This document shows positions 18,538 to 26,325 of a stretch of DNA of 32,000 nucleotides, one piece after another. Positions within the stretch are counted from its first letter, which is position 1, and every line of letters begins with the position of its first letter. This stretch comes from Mycolicibacterium smegmatis (GTDB lineage Bacteria; Actinomycetota; Actinomycetes; Mycobacteriales; Mycobacteriaceae), in the NCBI RefSeq assembly GCF_001457595.1, contig NZ_LN831039.1, positions 3,450,001-3,482,000 on the forward strand. Direction: 5' to 3'. The notes below the pieces were generated by a model that did not search any database, had not been told where the DNA came from, and saw only the letters and a list, made by a program, of their open reading frames with translations. Made by a program: the position numbers and the translations under genes.

Positions 18538-18742
18538 TCAGCTGGCGGTGCGGGCGGCGGCGGTGTGAGCGGCATAGTCGATCAGCACGGTGTCCATGAG
18601 CGCCCGCGAGACCTGTTCAGTGCCATCCAGCATGGCCTGGATGGCTGCGGCACGGATCAGATGGGCAAGGCTGCCGATCATGCCGCCGGTGCGGCGGTGC
18701 AGGTATCGTGCCTCGGCCACAAGGGTTCCCGGTGTGTGACGG
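18538..18742 (-). pseudogene. tniB: tniB 3' fragment (C-terminal part of TniB ATPase), separated by the IS256-family insertion
   Basis: TPGTLVAEARYLHRRTGGMIGSLAHLIRAAAIQAMLDGTEQVSRALMDTVLIDYAAHTAARTAS; joins in frame to the 20231..21069 fragment across a 9-bp target duplication. Confidence 0.85.
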
Positions 18743-20230
18743 GAGGAATTGTCAATACCTGTGGATCGGGGTGTTTCAGGCGACCTCCGTTCCGGCGTGC
18801 TGACCGCCGTCTGAGGGCGATGTTGGCGGGGTGATGTCGGTGGGTCGTTCGAGCAGTCTGCCTTTATGGAAGACCGCGCCGGCGCGGACCAGGGCGACCA
18901 GGTGTGGGGCGTTGACGGCACGCCAGCGGGCCGCGGCGGCGTCGATGAGCTTGTAGGCCATCGCTAGTCCGGCCGCTCGTGATCCGGGCCCCTTGGTGAC
19001 CTTGGTCCTCAAACGCACTGTGGCAAAGGTGGATTCGATCGGATTCGTCGTTCGCAGATGAATCCAATGTTCGGCCGGATACTTGTAGAATTCCAGCAGC
19101 ACATCGAGGTCGTCGGTGATCTTAGCGACCGCCTTGGGATACTTCGCGCCGAAGTCGGCCTCGAAGGCCTTGACCGCGATCTGGGCCTTGTCGATATCCT
19201 CGGCGTTGTAGATCTCCTTGATCGCCGCCAGCGCCGACGGGTGCGCTGATTTCGGCAGTGCAGCAAGAACATTGGCCTGCTTATGAAACCAGCACCGCTG
19301 CTCTTTGGTGGCCGGGAAAACCTCGCGGACTGCTTTCCAGAACCCGAGCGCGCCATCGCCGATCGCGAGTACGGGGGCGGTCATGCCGCGGCGCTTGCAG
19401 TCGCGCAACAGATCGGCCCACGACTCGGCCGACTCGCGGTAGCCGTCGGTGATCGCCACGAGCTCCTTGCGGCCATCAGCACGCACGCCCAGCATCACCA
19501 GCAGACAGAGCTTTTCCTGGTCCAGCCGCACCTTGAGGTGAATGCCGTCGACCCACAGATACACGTAATCAGTGGCCGAGAGGTCGCGGGCCCCAAACGC
19601 GCGGGCCTCGTCTTGCCACTGCGCCGTGAGCCGGGTGATCGTGCTGGCCGACAGCCCAGCGCCGGAGCCGAGGAACTGCTCGAGGGCAGGGGTGAAATCG
19701 TTGCTCGACAGGCCGTGCAGGTACAGCAGCGGCAGTACCTCGCTCATCTGCGGCGACTTGCGCGCCCAGGCCGGCAGGATCGCCGAGGAGAACCGCTTGC
19801 GTTCACCGGTGTCGGGGTCGACACGGCGGTCGTTGACCCGCGGCGCTTTCACCTGCACCGCGCCGGCGGCGGTCAGCACCTCCCGGGGCTGGTGATAGCC
19901 GTTTCGCACCACCAACCGGTGACCGTTCTCGTCGAGTTGATCGGCGAACTGCGCCACGTAGGCGGCGACCTCGGCCTGCAACGCCGCGGCCAGCATCTGC
20001 CGGGCCCCGTCGCGGACGATCTCATCCAACAACGACCGACCAGCACCGCTGGCCTTGTCGTTGGCGTCCTCGGTGTCGTGAACTACGGTGAGCATGGGCG
20101 TACCTTCCCAACCAGCGCGCCAACGCCGGTCTTGATCGAATACCTGATTCCGTGAAGATCATCCCCGGGAAGGTGCGCCCATCTTCACGCCCCCACACCG
20201 AGGCTCATCCACAGGTATTGATCATTGCTC
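18743..20230 (-). mobile_element. IS256-family insertion sequence inserted in tniB
   Basis: Terminal inverted repeats GAGgAATtgTCAATACCTGTGGAT / GAGcAATgaTCAATACCTGTGGAT; 9-bp direct repeat GTGTGACGG at 18734-18742 and 20231-20239. Confidence 0.93.
18776..20095 (-). CDS. IS256-family (mutator-type) transposase
   Basis: 439-aa ORF with LYLHGLSSNDFTPALEQFLG, YVYLWVDGIHLKVRL, GVRADGRKELVAITDGYRES, RCWFHKQANVL, HLRTTNPIESTFATVRLRT. Confidence 0.95.
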   Translation of the reverse strand: MLTVVHDTEDANDKASGAGRSLLDEIVRDGARQMLAAALQAEVAAYVAQFADQLDENGHRLVVRNGYHQPREVLTAAGAVQVKAPRVNDRRVDPDTGERKRFSSAILPAWARKSPQMSEVLPLLYLHGLSSNDFTPALEQFLGSGAGLSASTITRLTAQWQDEARAFGARDLSATDYVYLWVDGIHLKVRLDQEKLCLLVMLGVRADGRKELVAITDGYRESAESWADLLRDCKRRGMTAPVLAIGDGALGFWKAVREVFPATKEQRCWFHKQANVLAALPKSAHPSALAAIKEIYNAEDIDKAQIAVKAFEADFGAKYPKAVAKITDDLDVLLEFYKYPAEHWIHLRTTNPIESTFATVRLRTKVTKGPGSRAAGLAMAYKLIDAAAARWRAVNAPHLVALVRAGAVFHKGRLLERPTDITPPTSPSDGGQHAGTEVA

Positions 20231-21069
20231 GTGTGACGGTGCAGCCGCAACGTACCCTCCATCGCCGCCACGAGCTGACGCCATTCTTTTGCGTCCGGGA
20301 ACGCACTGGTGTGGATGACACCACAGCGGCCGGCGAGCTGGCGTCCGCGGGTGCCGGTGAACAGCCCCGAACGCTCCACGTCGATCCCGGCATACACAAA
20401 CGTCGCGGGCAGGTGTTCGGTGAAGTATTTCAGGTGATCAGACAATTCTTCCCCGGCGCGGGTATCCAGGTTGAGGTTGTGGATCTCGTCGACCACGACG
20501 ATGTCGGTTCGCGCGTCGATGAGCACTTGGCACACCGCATCGGAGATGTCGGTGACGTTCATCCGCGGGTTGAGCATCGGTAAGCCCAGAAACCGGGCGA
20601 ACTCCATCGCCAGTTTGCGTGGTGACCCTTTCGGCGGTGCGGTCACATACACCACCGGTATGCGGCTGTCGTCGCCGGGGAACCGTGCCCTGGTGCGTAG
20701 TTCGTGAAATCTGCCCAGCTGTTTGATCGCGGTGGTCTTGCCGGTCGCAGCAGCGCCGGAGATGATCAGGCCACGTCGCGCGCCAATCTCGCGCTGGTTG
20801 AGCAGGGTCAGCAGTCGGCCCTGATGGGTGATCGATTCGATCGCTGATGTCGTGACCACCACCAACTCCGAGTGATGCGCCACGCGGGCCTCGTTGTAGC
20901 GGGTCCGGGCATCGTCGTCCAACTGCGACCATGTCAGATCGTCGAACAGTTCGAACTCGGGCGCATCGGCCTCAATGAAACGCCGCCAGCCCTCCAACGT
21001 TGTGGTGGGCTGGCGGCGATCCTCCAACTGGTTCACGGCCACTGTTTGCGGCTCGGTCACAGTCGCCAC
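20231..21069 (-). pseudogene. tniB: TniB family ATP-binding protein, 5' fragment (disrupted by IS256-family element)
   Basis: GLIISGAAATGKTTAIKQLGR (Walker A), TDIVVVDEIHNLN (Walker B), AGEELSDHLKYFTEHLPATFVYAGIDVERSGLF. Confidence 0.9.
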
Positions 21070-21272
21070 GATTGGGCCTCCTTGCGTGCATCGAACACCG
21101 GCAGAGGAATCACCTCGGCTACAACGTCTTCACTGCCTGCGTCGTCGGCCGTTTGGTCGCTCGGCGACGCATCGTGCTCGGCCGGCGGCACCGGCACGCC
21201 GGACCAGCCACGGCCGGCGCTCGCAGCGGCATGCCAGCAGATTTCACGAACCGGTCCGGCTCGGACAATTCG
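21057..21272 (-). pseudogene. probable 3' tail of the TnsB/TniA-type (Mu/rve) transposase gene upstream of tniB
   Basis: Minus-strand frame ...GWSGVPVPPAEHDASPSDQTADDAGSEDVVAEVIPLPVFDARKEAQSWRL* ends by a 13-nt overlap with the GTG start of tniB; an in-frame stop lies upstream at 21273-21275 and no catalytic domain is present. Confidence 0.45.
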
Positions 21273-21454
21273 TCACAGTGACGATTCGCAGTGGGGCAGC
21301 CCGCGAGGTAGGCGGGGATCTCGACGGGCTCCACAATGAGATGGCTCAGAGTTCATCGCGGTCGCCCTGGGTGTCAGGGTGAGTTGAGTCCACTGGTACT
21401 TAGCAACTTGGCAACTTGGCTTGATCTCGGGGCGAGAACGGAATCACCTGAACC

Positions 21455-21883
21455 ATGACGACGACGATGGCTGCTGTGCGCGAGACTGGAGCGGTGGCAC
21501 CTTCACCGCGATCTGATGGCCCGCGCCGGCGGCGCTCGATTTCTCCGGCGCAGAAGCTGGCCCACCTGGATGCCTATGAGCAGGCCTGTACGACCAACGA
21601 TGGTGGGGCGTACCTGCGCGGTGAGGGGTTGTATTCCTCGCAGATCGCCGAGTGGCGCAAACAACGCGATGCTGGGGTGTTGGAAGGCAAGGCACCTGGG
21701 GAGAAGGTCGGTAAACTCACCCGCGAGCAGGCCGAGATCGCCCGCCTGAAAAAGGAACTCGCCCAGGCCAATAATCGGCTGGCGACCACCGAGGCTGCCC
21801 TGGGGATCATGGGAAAAGCACACGCGCTCTTGGAGTCTCTCTCCGAGAGCGCGGACACCGACACGCCGCCGACCAAGCGCTGA
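21455..21883 (+). CDS. IS3-family transposase orfA
   Basis: 142-aa ORF with heptad-like region KLTREQAEIARLKKELAQANNRLATTEAALGIMGKAHALLE. Confidence 0.9.
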   Translation: MTTTMAAVRETGAVAPSPRSDGPRRRRSISPAQKLAHLDAYEQACTTNDGGAYLRGEGLYSSQIAEWRKQRDAGVLEGKAPGEKVGKLTREQAEIARLKKELAQANNRLATTEAALGIMGKAHALLESLSESADTDTPPTKR

Positions 21884-22896
21884 TGGATGCCTACAACGAT
21901 CTGCGGGATATCCAGATTCCGACCCGCAAGGCCGCGGAGGTGACCGGCATGCACCGCTCGACGGCCACTCGACGCGCCAAACCCGCGCCGGCGCCTGCCG
22001 ATCGGGCACCACGACCGGTCCCGGTCAACAAGCTCACCGAGTCCGAATGCGCCCGGGTGGTTGAGGTGCTCAACAGTGCCCGGTTCGTCGATGCCGCGCC
22101 GATGCAGGTGTGGGCCACGTTGCTCGATGAAGGCAGCTACCTGTGTTCGGTGTCGACGATGTACCGCGTCCTCAATGCCAACAAGCTGGTCAAGGAGCGC
22201 CGTCGGCTGGCCCGGCACCGCAAAGCGGTCTGCCCGGAACTGGTGGCCACCGCGCCGCGGCAGGTGTATTCGTGGGACATCACCAAACTGGCCGGCCCGG
22301 TCAAAGGGGTCTACTACGACGCCTACGTGATGATCGACATTTACTCGCGTTACATCGTCGGGGTCCATGTGCACGCCCGCGAATGCGGCCAGCTGGCCAA
22401 GGAGATGATGGAACAGATCTTCGGCACCTACGGCATCCCACACGTCGTGCACGCTGATCGGGGCACCTCGATGACCAGCAACACCGTCGCCGGACTGCTC
22501 TCGGATCTGGGCGTCATCCGCTCGCATTCGCGGCCCAAGGTATCCAACGACAACCCCTACAGCGAGTCCTGGTTCAAGACCTTGAAGTATGCGCCGGCGT
22601 TCCCGGAACGCTTCGAATCCATCCATCACGCGAGGGATTTCATGGACCGATTCGTGCAGTGGTACAACCATGAACACCGCCACAGCGGCATCGGGCTGCA
22701 CACACCCGCCGATGTGTTCTACGGCCTCGCCGGCGGGAAAGACACCCAGCGCCGAGCCGTGCTCGCCGACGCCAGGGCGCGCCACCCACGCCGATTCGGC
22801 CGCGACACCGCACCCAAGGTCATCGACCTACCTGAATCCGCGGCGATCAACCCACCCAAACCGGCCGAACAGGAGACCGAAACGGAAGCCGCTTAA
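21883..22896 (+). CDS. IS3-family transposase orfB (rve/DDE integrase core)
   Basis: QVYSWDITKLAGPVKGVYYDAYVMIDIYSRYIVG, VVHADRGTSMTSNTVAGLLSDLGVIRSHSRPKVSNDNPYSESWFKTLKY, RHSGIGLHTPADV; TGATG stop/start overlap with orfA. Confidence 0.95.
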   Translation: MDAYNDLRDIQIPTRKAAEVTGMHRSTATRRAKPAPAPADRAPRPVPVNKLTESECARVVEVLNSARFVDAAPMQVWATLLDEGSYLCSVSTMYRVLNANKLVKERRRLARHRKAVCPELVATAPRQVYSWDITKLAGPVKGVYYDAYVMIDIYSRYIVGVHVHARECGQLAKEMMEQIFGTYGIPHVVHADRGTSMTSNTVAGLLSDLGVIRSHSRPKVSNDNPYSESWFKTLKYAPAFPERFESIHHARDFMDRFVQWYNHEHRHSGIGLHTPADVFYGLAGGKDTQRRAVLADARARHPRRFGRDTAPKVIDLPESAAINPPKPAEQETETEAA

Positions 22897-23187
22897 CACC
22901 CACTGGACTCAAACACCTTGACAAATTCCGTCGGACACCGTGCGGCGTGAGTACCGACGCTTGAGTCCGACGCGGCGACGCACCGAGACGGGATCCTTGG
23001 TGGCTCGTCCATGGCCGCGCCGCTTGTGGGGCTTGCACATGGCGCAACCACGCCACGAACGTGAAGGGTGATGACTGGGCATCGGCGATGCTCCCGAGGT
23101 GACTCCGCTCAGAGGCGAAGGAGATGACGATACGCGACCCGACGGCCACTCACCTGCGATCCGGAAGTACCGATAAGCTACATTATG

Positions 23188-23905
23188 TCAACTAATCCAC
23201 CGCATCGCATCGAACGCCGCCCCTAGTTCACCGCCAGACCACCTCTGAAAGCAGTCGACGGATATTGCTTCCGGGTGATGCCCGATGATCAGATCGGCTC
23301 TGGCGTCAACGAGACACCGAGCCAGGCCAGCGGGCCCTGCGAGGTTGGAAGGTATGCGAATGGGACGCGCCAGTGCATCGCGACGACGACAATACGTTCT
23401 GCGCCTTCGCTTCTCGCATGAGTACTTCGGCTCTTTGGACGTCCGGCTCGTATGCATGCGTGTGCACGAAGGGCGGGACGCCAGGGGTTTCGTCAAGCAA
23501 GCCACTGTCGACCTCGAACGTCGAGCGAACCCGTATGGCGGCAACTCCTGGCCTATCCCCCGTCGCATTGGCCCCGCGTGGCAGGGCCGAACAAAAACTG
23601 AAGAAGGCTACCGACTGACCCGCGACTGTAAGCACCTGCAGGCGAGTGGCCTCTGATTGGGATTCGCCGCAACCGGCGTGCCTGACGCCTACTGCATCGA
23701 GCGACCGGATCGTGTCCCGCAATCCCCTTGGCGCCGAAGTTCATCGTATGGTTCGTTGCCAGCGACACAAGGTCAAAGCCCAACTCGGCCAATTCTTTAG
23801 CAGCTGATATTGGTGCGCGCATCGCGACGAGTTTCTCGGCGCGGTCATTCGAGTCCGTGAACGAAACCTCGAGATTGCCGATGGTCAGATCCCTGCAAGC
23901 AGCAG
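23188..23905 (-). pseudogene. degenerate CapA-family (poly-gamma-glutamate synthesis-like) gene remnant with frameshifts
   Basis: Pieces in different minus-strand frames: DLTIGNLEVSFTDSNDRAEKLVAMRAPISAAKELAELGFDLVSLATNHTMNFGAKGI / RDTIRSLDAVGVRHAGCGES...VLTVAGQSVAFFSFCSALP...SHSHTFQP / LARCLVDARADLIIGHHPEAI. Confidence 0.7.
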
Positions 23906-24008
23906 GCTGAGGGCCGATTCTCCCGGGCTGGGACGGTCGGGCGTTGGCCGGCGAGGTCGTCCAGAAACTACTACGTCACCCACCACGGTTAACTCCACAT
24001 CCTGTGTT

Positions 24009-24083
24009 CCATACTACGGCGCGTCATGCCATAGAACGGCATGACAATCAATTATCGGCGCCGCGTGTGCCACTATGCGGAAC
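24009..24083. promoter_or_regulatory. putative IclR-type operator cluster upstream of the iclR-family gene
   Basis: Three related 17-mers: GTTCCATACTACGGCGC (24009-24025), ATGCCATAGAACGGCAT inside the palindrome GTCATGCC-N7-GGCATGAC (24026-24048), and GTGCCACTATGCGGAAC (24067-24083). Confidence 0.5.
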
Positions 24084-24111
24084 GGTGTACGGGTGTTAAT
24101 GTCAACTTCCC

Positions 24112-24921
24112 ATGAACACACCAGGTGACAGTGCTGGAGCGCCGAATCCAGGGACTTCGACCAGCATCCGTTCGATGAACAGCGTCTTGAGCACTCTCCG
24201 GATCTTCGAAGAGGTGGCGACACGCCAACCAATCGGTGTCTCCGACTTATCGCGCGTCACTGGGATACCGAAGAGCACCGTCCAGCGGTGCCTGGTGACG
24301 CTCAAGCAGGCTGGATGGCTGAAAGTTGTCGACACGGCCCAGACTCGTTGGGGCGTAACGGCGCGGGCGCTTTCTTTGGGTCTTCGCGGGGCTGGTGAAC
24401 AAGATCTCCGACAATTGGCCGATCCGGTGATCAAGCGCCTTGCAGCCGATACCGGCGAAACTGTACACCTTGCCCTGCGGGACGGAAACGAGAGCGTCAT
24501 CATTGGCCGGGCCGACACGACGAAGGATGTACGGGTGATCCTGGAGCTCGGCACCCGCCTGCCACTGCAAGCCACGTCCGCGGGTGTCGCCATGCTGGCT
24601 CGCCTCGCGCCCGCCGAAGTCGCCGAGGTGCTCAGCCACGAAGTAGATCAGGTCGAGGGTGCCTCGGTACCAAGCACCGATCAACTAAGGCGCGAAATCG
24701 AAATGACCGCCGTGCGCGGCTACGCGCTCAACGTCTCGTCCTGGTACCGACCCCACGTCTGCTCTGTCGGGGTTGCGGTGACGGACTCGATGGATAGGCC
24801 GATCGCCGGGATTGCGATATCAATACCCGAGATGCGGTACGACGCGGCCAACGAAGCAACGCTGGCCGAGTTGGCGAACGCTGCGGCCGCAGAAATCAAC
24901 GGGCTCATCCGTTCCGCATAA
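24112..24921 (+). CDS. IclR family transcriptional regulator
   Basis: SVLSTLRIFEEVATRQPIGVSDLSRVTGIPKSTVQRCLVTLKQAGWL HTH and GYALNVSSWYRPHVCSVGVAVTDSMDRPIAGIAISIP effector-domain C-terminus. Confidence 0.93.
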   Translation: MNTPGDSAGAPNPGTSTSIRSMNSVLSTLRIFEEVATRQPIGVSDLSRVTGIPKSTVQRCLVTLKQAGWLKVVDTAQTRWGVTARALSLGLRGAGEQDLRQLADPVIKRLAADTGETVHLALRDGNESVIIGRADTTKDVRVILELGTRLPLQATSAGVAMLARLAPAEVAEVLSHEVDQVEGASVPSTDQLRREIEMTAVRGYALNVSSWYRPHVCSVGVAVTDSMDRPIAGIAISIPEMRYDAANEATLAELANAAAAEINGLIRSA

Positions 24922-24961
24922 CGCGCTCGCCCAAAATGCTGCGGCGTTCGCCAAGGGACTA

Positions 24962-25759
24962 TCAGACGCTCACCACCGACGTCAGCAGCTTCGCCGTGTC
25001 CTCGGGTGACTCAACCGGAAAGTGGTGGCTGCCCAGTTCGACGGGAACAAAATCTATCCGATCACCGAACCGCTCAACGGCTTCTGACGAGAGAAGCTCA
25101 CGTACCGCAAAAGCCGTGATCGGCTGAGTCGTCTCACTCAAGGCATGTTCCATGTTCCACCGCACCAGTCCCTCGATTGCTCGTATGCCGGCCGGTTGCC
25201 GAACCTTCACCATCATGCTGAAGTAAGAGTCAATCAACTCTTCACTGAATCCCTCGGGCGAACCGCCCTCGACCAGGGCGCGGACCGCCGCCGCAAAGTC
25301 ATCGTGAAATGGCCGAATAATTGCCTCTGCTTTACTGTCGTCCATCGCGGGAAACAGCCCGAGATAGTGCAAGGCGTCGAGAACCACGACGTGGGTGACG
25401 ACGTCGGGCAGCTGGCGACCGACTTCGACGGCCACCGCGCCCCCGAGCGAATGTCCAACCACGACGCATCGGGTGATCGACTCAGCGCTCAGTACGGCGT
25501 CCACGTCGCGAGCGAATTCCTCCATGGTCCAGACAGTTCGACTCGATCGCGAGTCGCCATGCTCGGCAAGGTCGACAGCGACGACCCGAAGATCGGCTGG
25601 CAACTGCGCGACCAGATCATCGAAATAGCGTCGTTCACAGCCCCATCCGTGAATCAAGACCAGCGTAGACCCCTCCGACGGTCCGGTGATCGAGTATCGG
25701 ATCGTGGTCTCATCAGGCCGCTCGACCATACGATCCCCAGCTCGCAATCCTTCAGTCAT
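24962..25759 (-). CDS. alpha/beta hydrolase
   Basis: LVLIHGWGCERRYFDDLVAQLPADLRVVAVDLAEHGDS, VVVGHSLGGAVAVEVGRQLP (nucleophile elbow GHSLGG), SHHFPVESPEDTAKLL. Confidence 0.92.
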   Translation of the reverse strand: MTEGLRAGDRMVERPDETTIRYSITGPSEGSTLVLIHGWGCERRYFDDLVAQLPADLRVVAVDLAEHGDSRSSRTVWTMEEFARDVDAVLSAESITRCVVVGHSLGGAVAVEVGRQLPDVVTHVVVLDALHYLGLFPAMDDSKAEAIIRPFHDDFAAAVRALVEGGSPEGFSEELIDSYFSMMVKVRQPAGIRAIEGLVRWNMEHALSETTQPITAFAVRELLSSEAVERFGDRIDFVPVELGSHHFPVESPEDTAKLLTSVVSV

Positions 25760-25816
25760 GTTTCCTCCTGTGGCATCTTTTTGCAGGCGTGTCTTCTGGC
25801 CGCAGCGGCGGCATCG

Positions 25817-26083
25817 TCAGCATGTCGATTTGGTTGAATGGTCGCGTCGTCGTGTCTGAGCCGCCGGCTCCGACTGGAGGTCGGTGAAATCGATCGTGTA
25901 TGGCGTGCTCTCGCACACCGGGTAAGCGCTAAACATTATCCGTCCGGCATCCAGGTCCATCACCACCGAAAACAGCGATGCGCTCTGTTCCAATGGGTGA
26001 TCGGCGATGTCCGGGTGACGGCAGATGCTCTTCGGATAGCTCAGGTGATCTTTCAGAACCGTCTGGACGTCGCTCACCGACAC
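25817..26083 (-). pseudogene. C-terminal remnant of a C45-family peptidase / acyl-CoA:6-aminopenicillanic acid acyltransferase-like protein
   Basis: VQTVLKDHLSYPKSICRHPDIADHPLEQSASLFSVVMDLDAGRIMFSAYPVCESTPYTIDF resembles C45 C-termini; the N-terminal catalytic part is absent. Confidence 0.55.
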
Positions 26084-26305
26084 GTCCCGCGCGCGACCGC
26101 TCGCCTTTGGGCGGCGTCGAGTTGAATATGATTGTGCGCCAACTGAACTTGATGCAGCTCCTTGCTTGCAGCGCTACGCAGGACGGTGGCCCCGGCTTCA
26201 GCGCCCCCTGTGTCCACGCGTTCTCCTGACTCTTTTGATGCCACCTCGTTCGTTAAGCCTGGGGCGTGATGACGTCTCCCCGCTGTTCCTTAACGTGGCA
26301 TGTTG

Positions 26306-26322
26306 TGCCGTAATACGGCACG
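26306..26322. promoter_or_regulatory. perfect 17-bp palindrome GTGCCGTA-A-TACGGCAC, putative IclR-type operator
   Basis: 8-bp arms with a 1-bp centre immediately upstream of the OYE ORF; matches the three sites upstream of the iclR-family gene at roughly 12-13 of 17 positions by eye. Confidence 0.6.
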
Positions 26323-26325
26323 CAA

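Larger units (their letters stand above)
21372..22923 (+). mobile_element. IS3-family element copy B, apparently complete (1552 bp)
   Basis: Imperfect terminal repeats TGTCAgGGTGagTTGAGTCCAcTGG (21372) and, at the right end in reverse complement, TGTCAaGGTG-tTTGAGTCCAgTGG (ending 22923), enclosing orfA and orfB. Confidence 0.85.

Noticed and set aside
18538-18921. 127-aa ORF as an independent protein
   Set aside because: Its first half is IS256-end DNA; only the C-terminal part (TPGTLVAEARYLHRR...) is real and belongs to tniB.
19283-20155. 290-aa plus-strand ORF
   Set aside because: Antisense shadow of the IS256-family transposase.
13600-21371. Possible CRISPR array or CAST-type guide locus near tniQ/tniB
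   Set aside because: No regularly spaced direct repeats and no Cas-like ORFs were visible. The TniB/TniQ genes fit an ordinary Tn7/Tn5053-like element remnant.
23285-23656. 123-aa plus-strand ORF (MIRSALASTRHRARPAG...)
   Set aside because: Opposite strand carries CapA-like motifs across the same interval, so the plus ORF is most likely a shadow.
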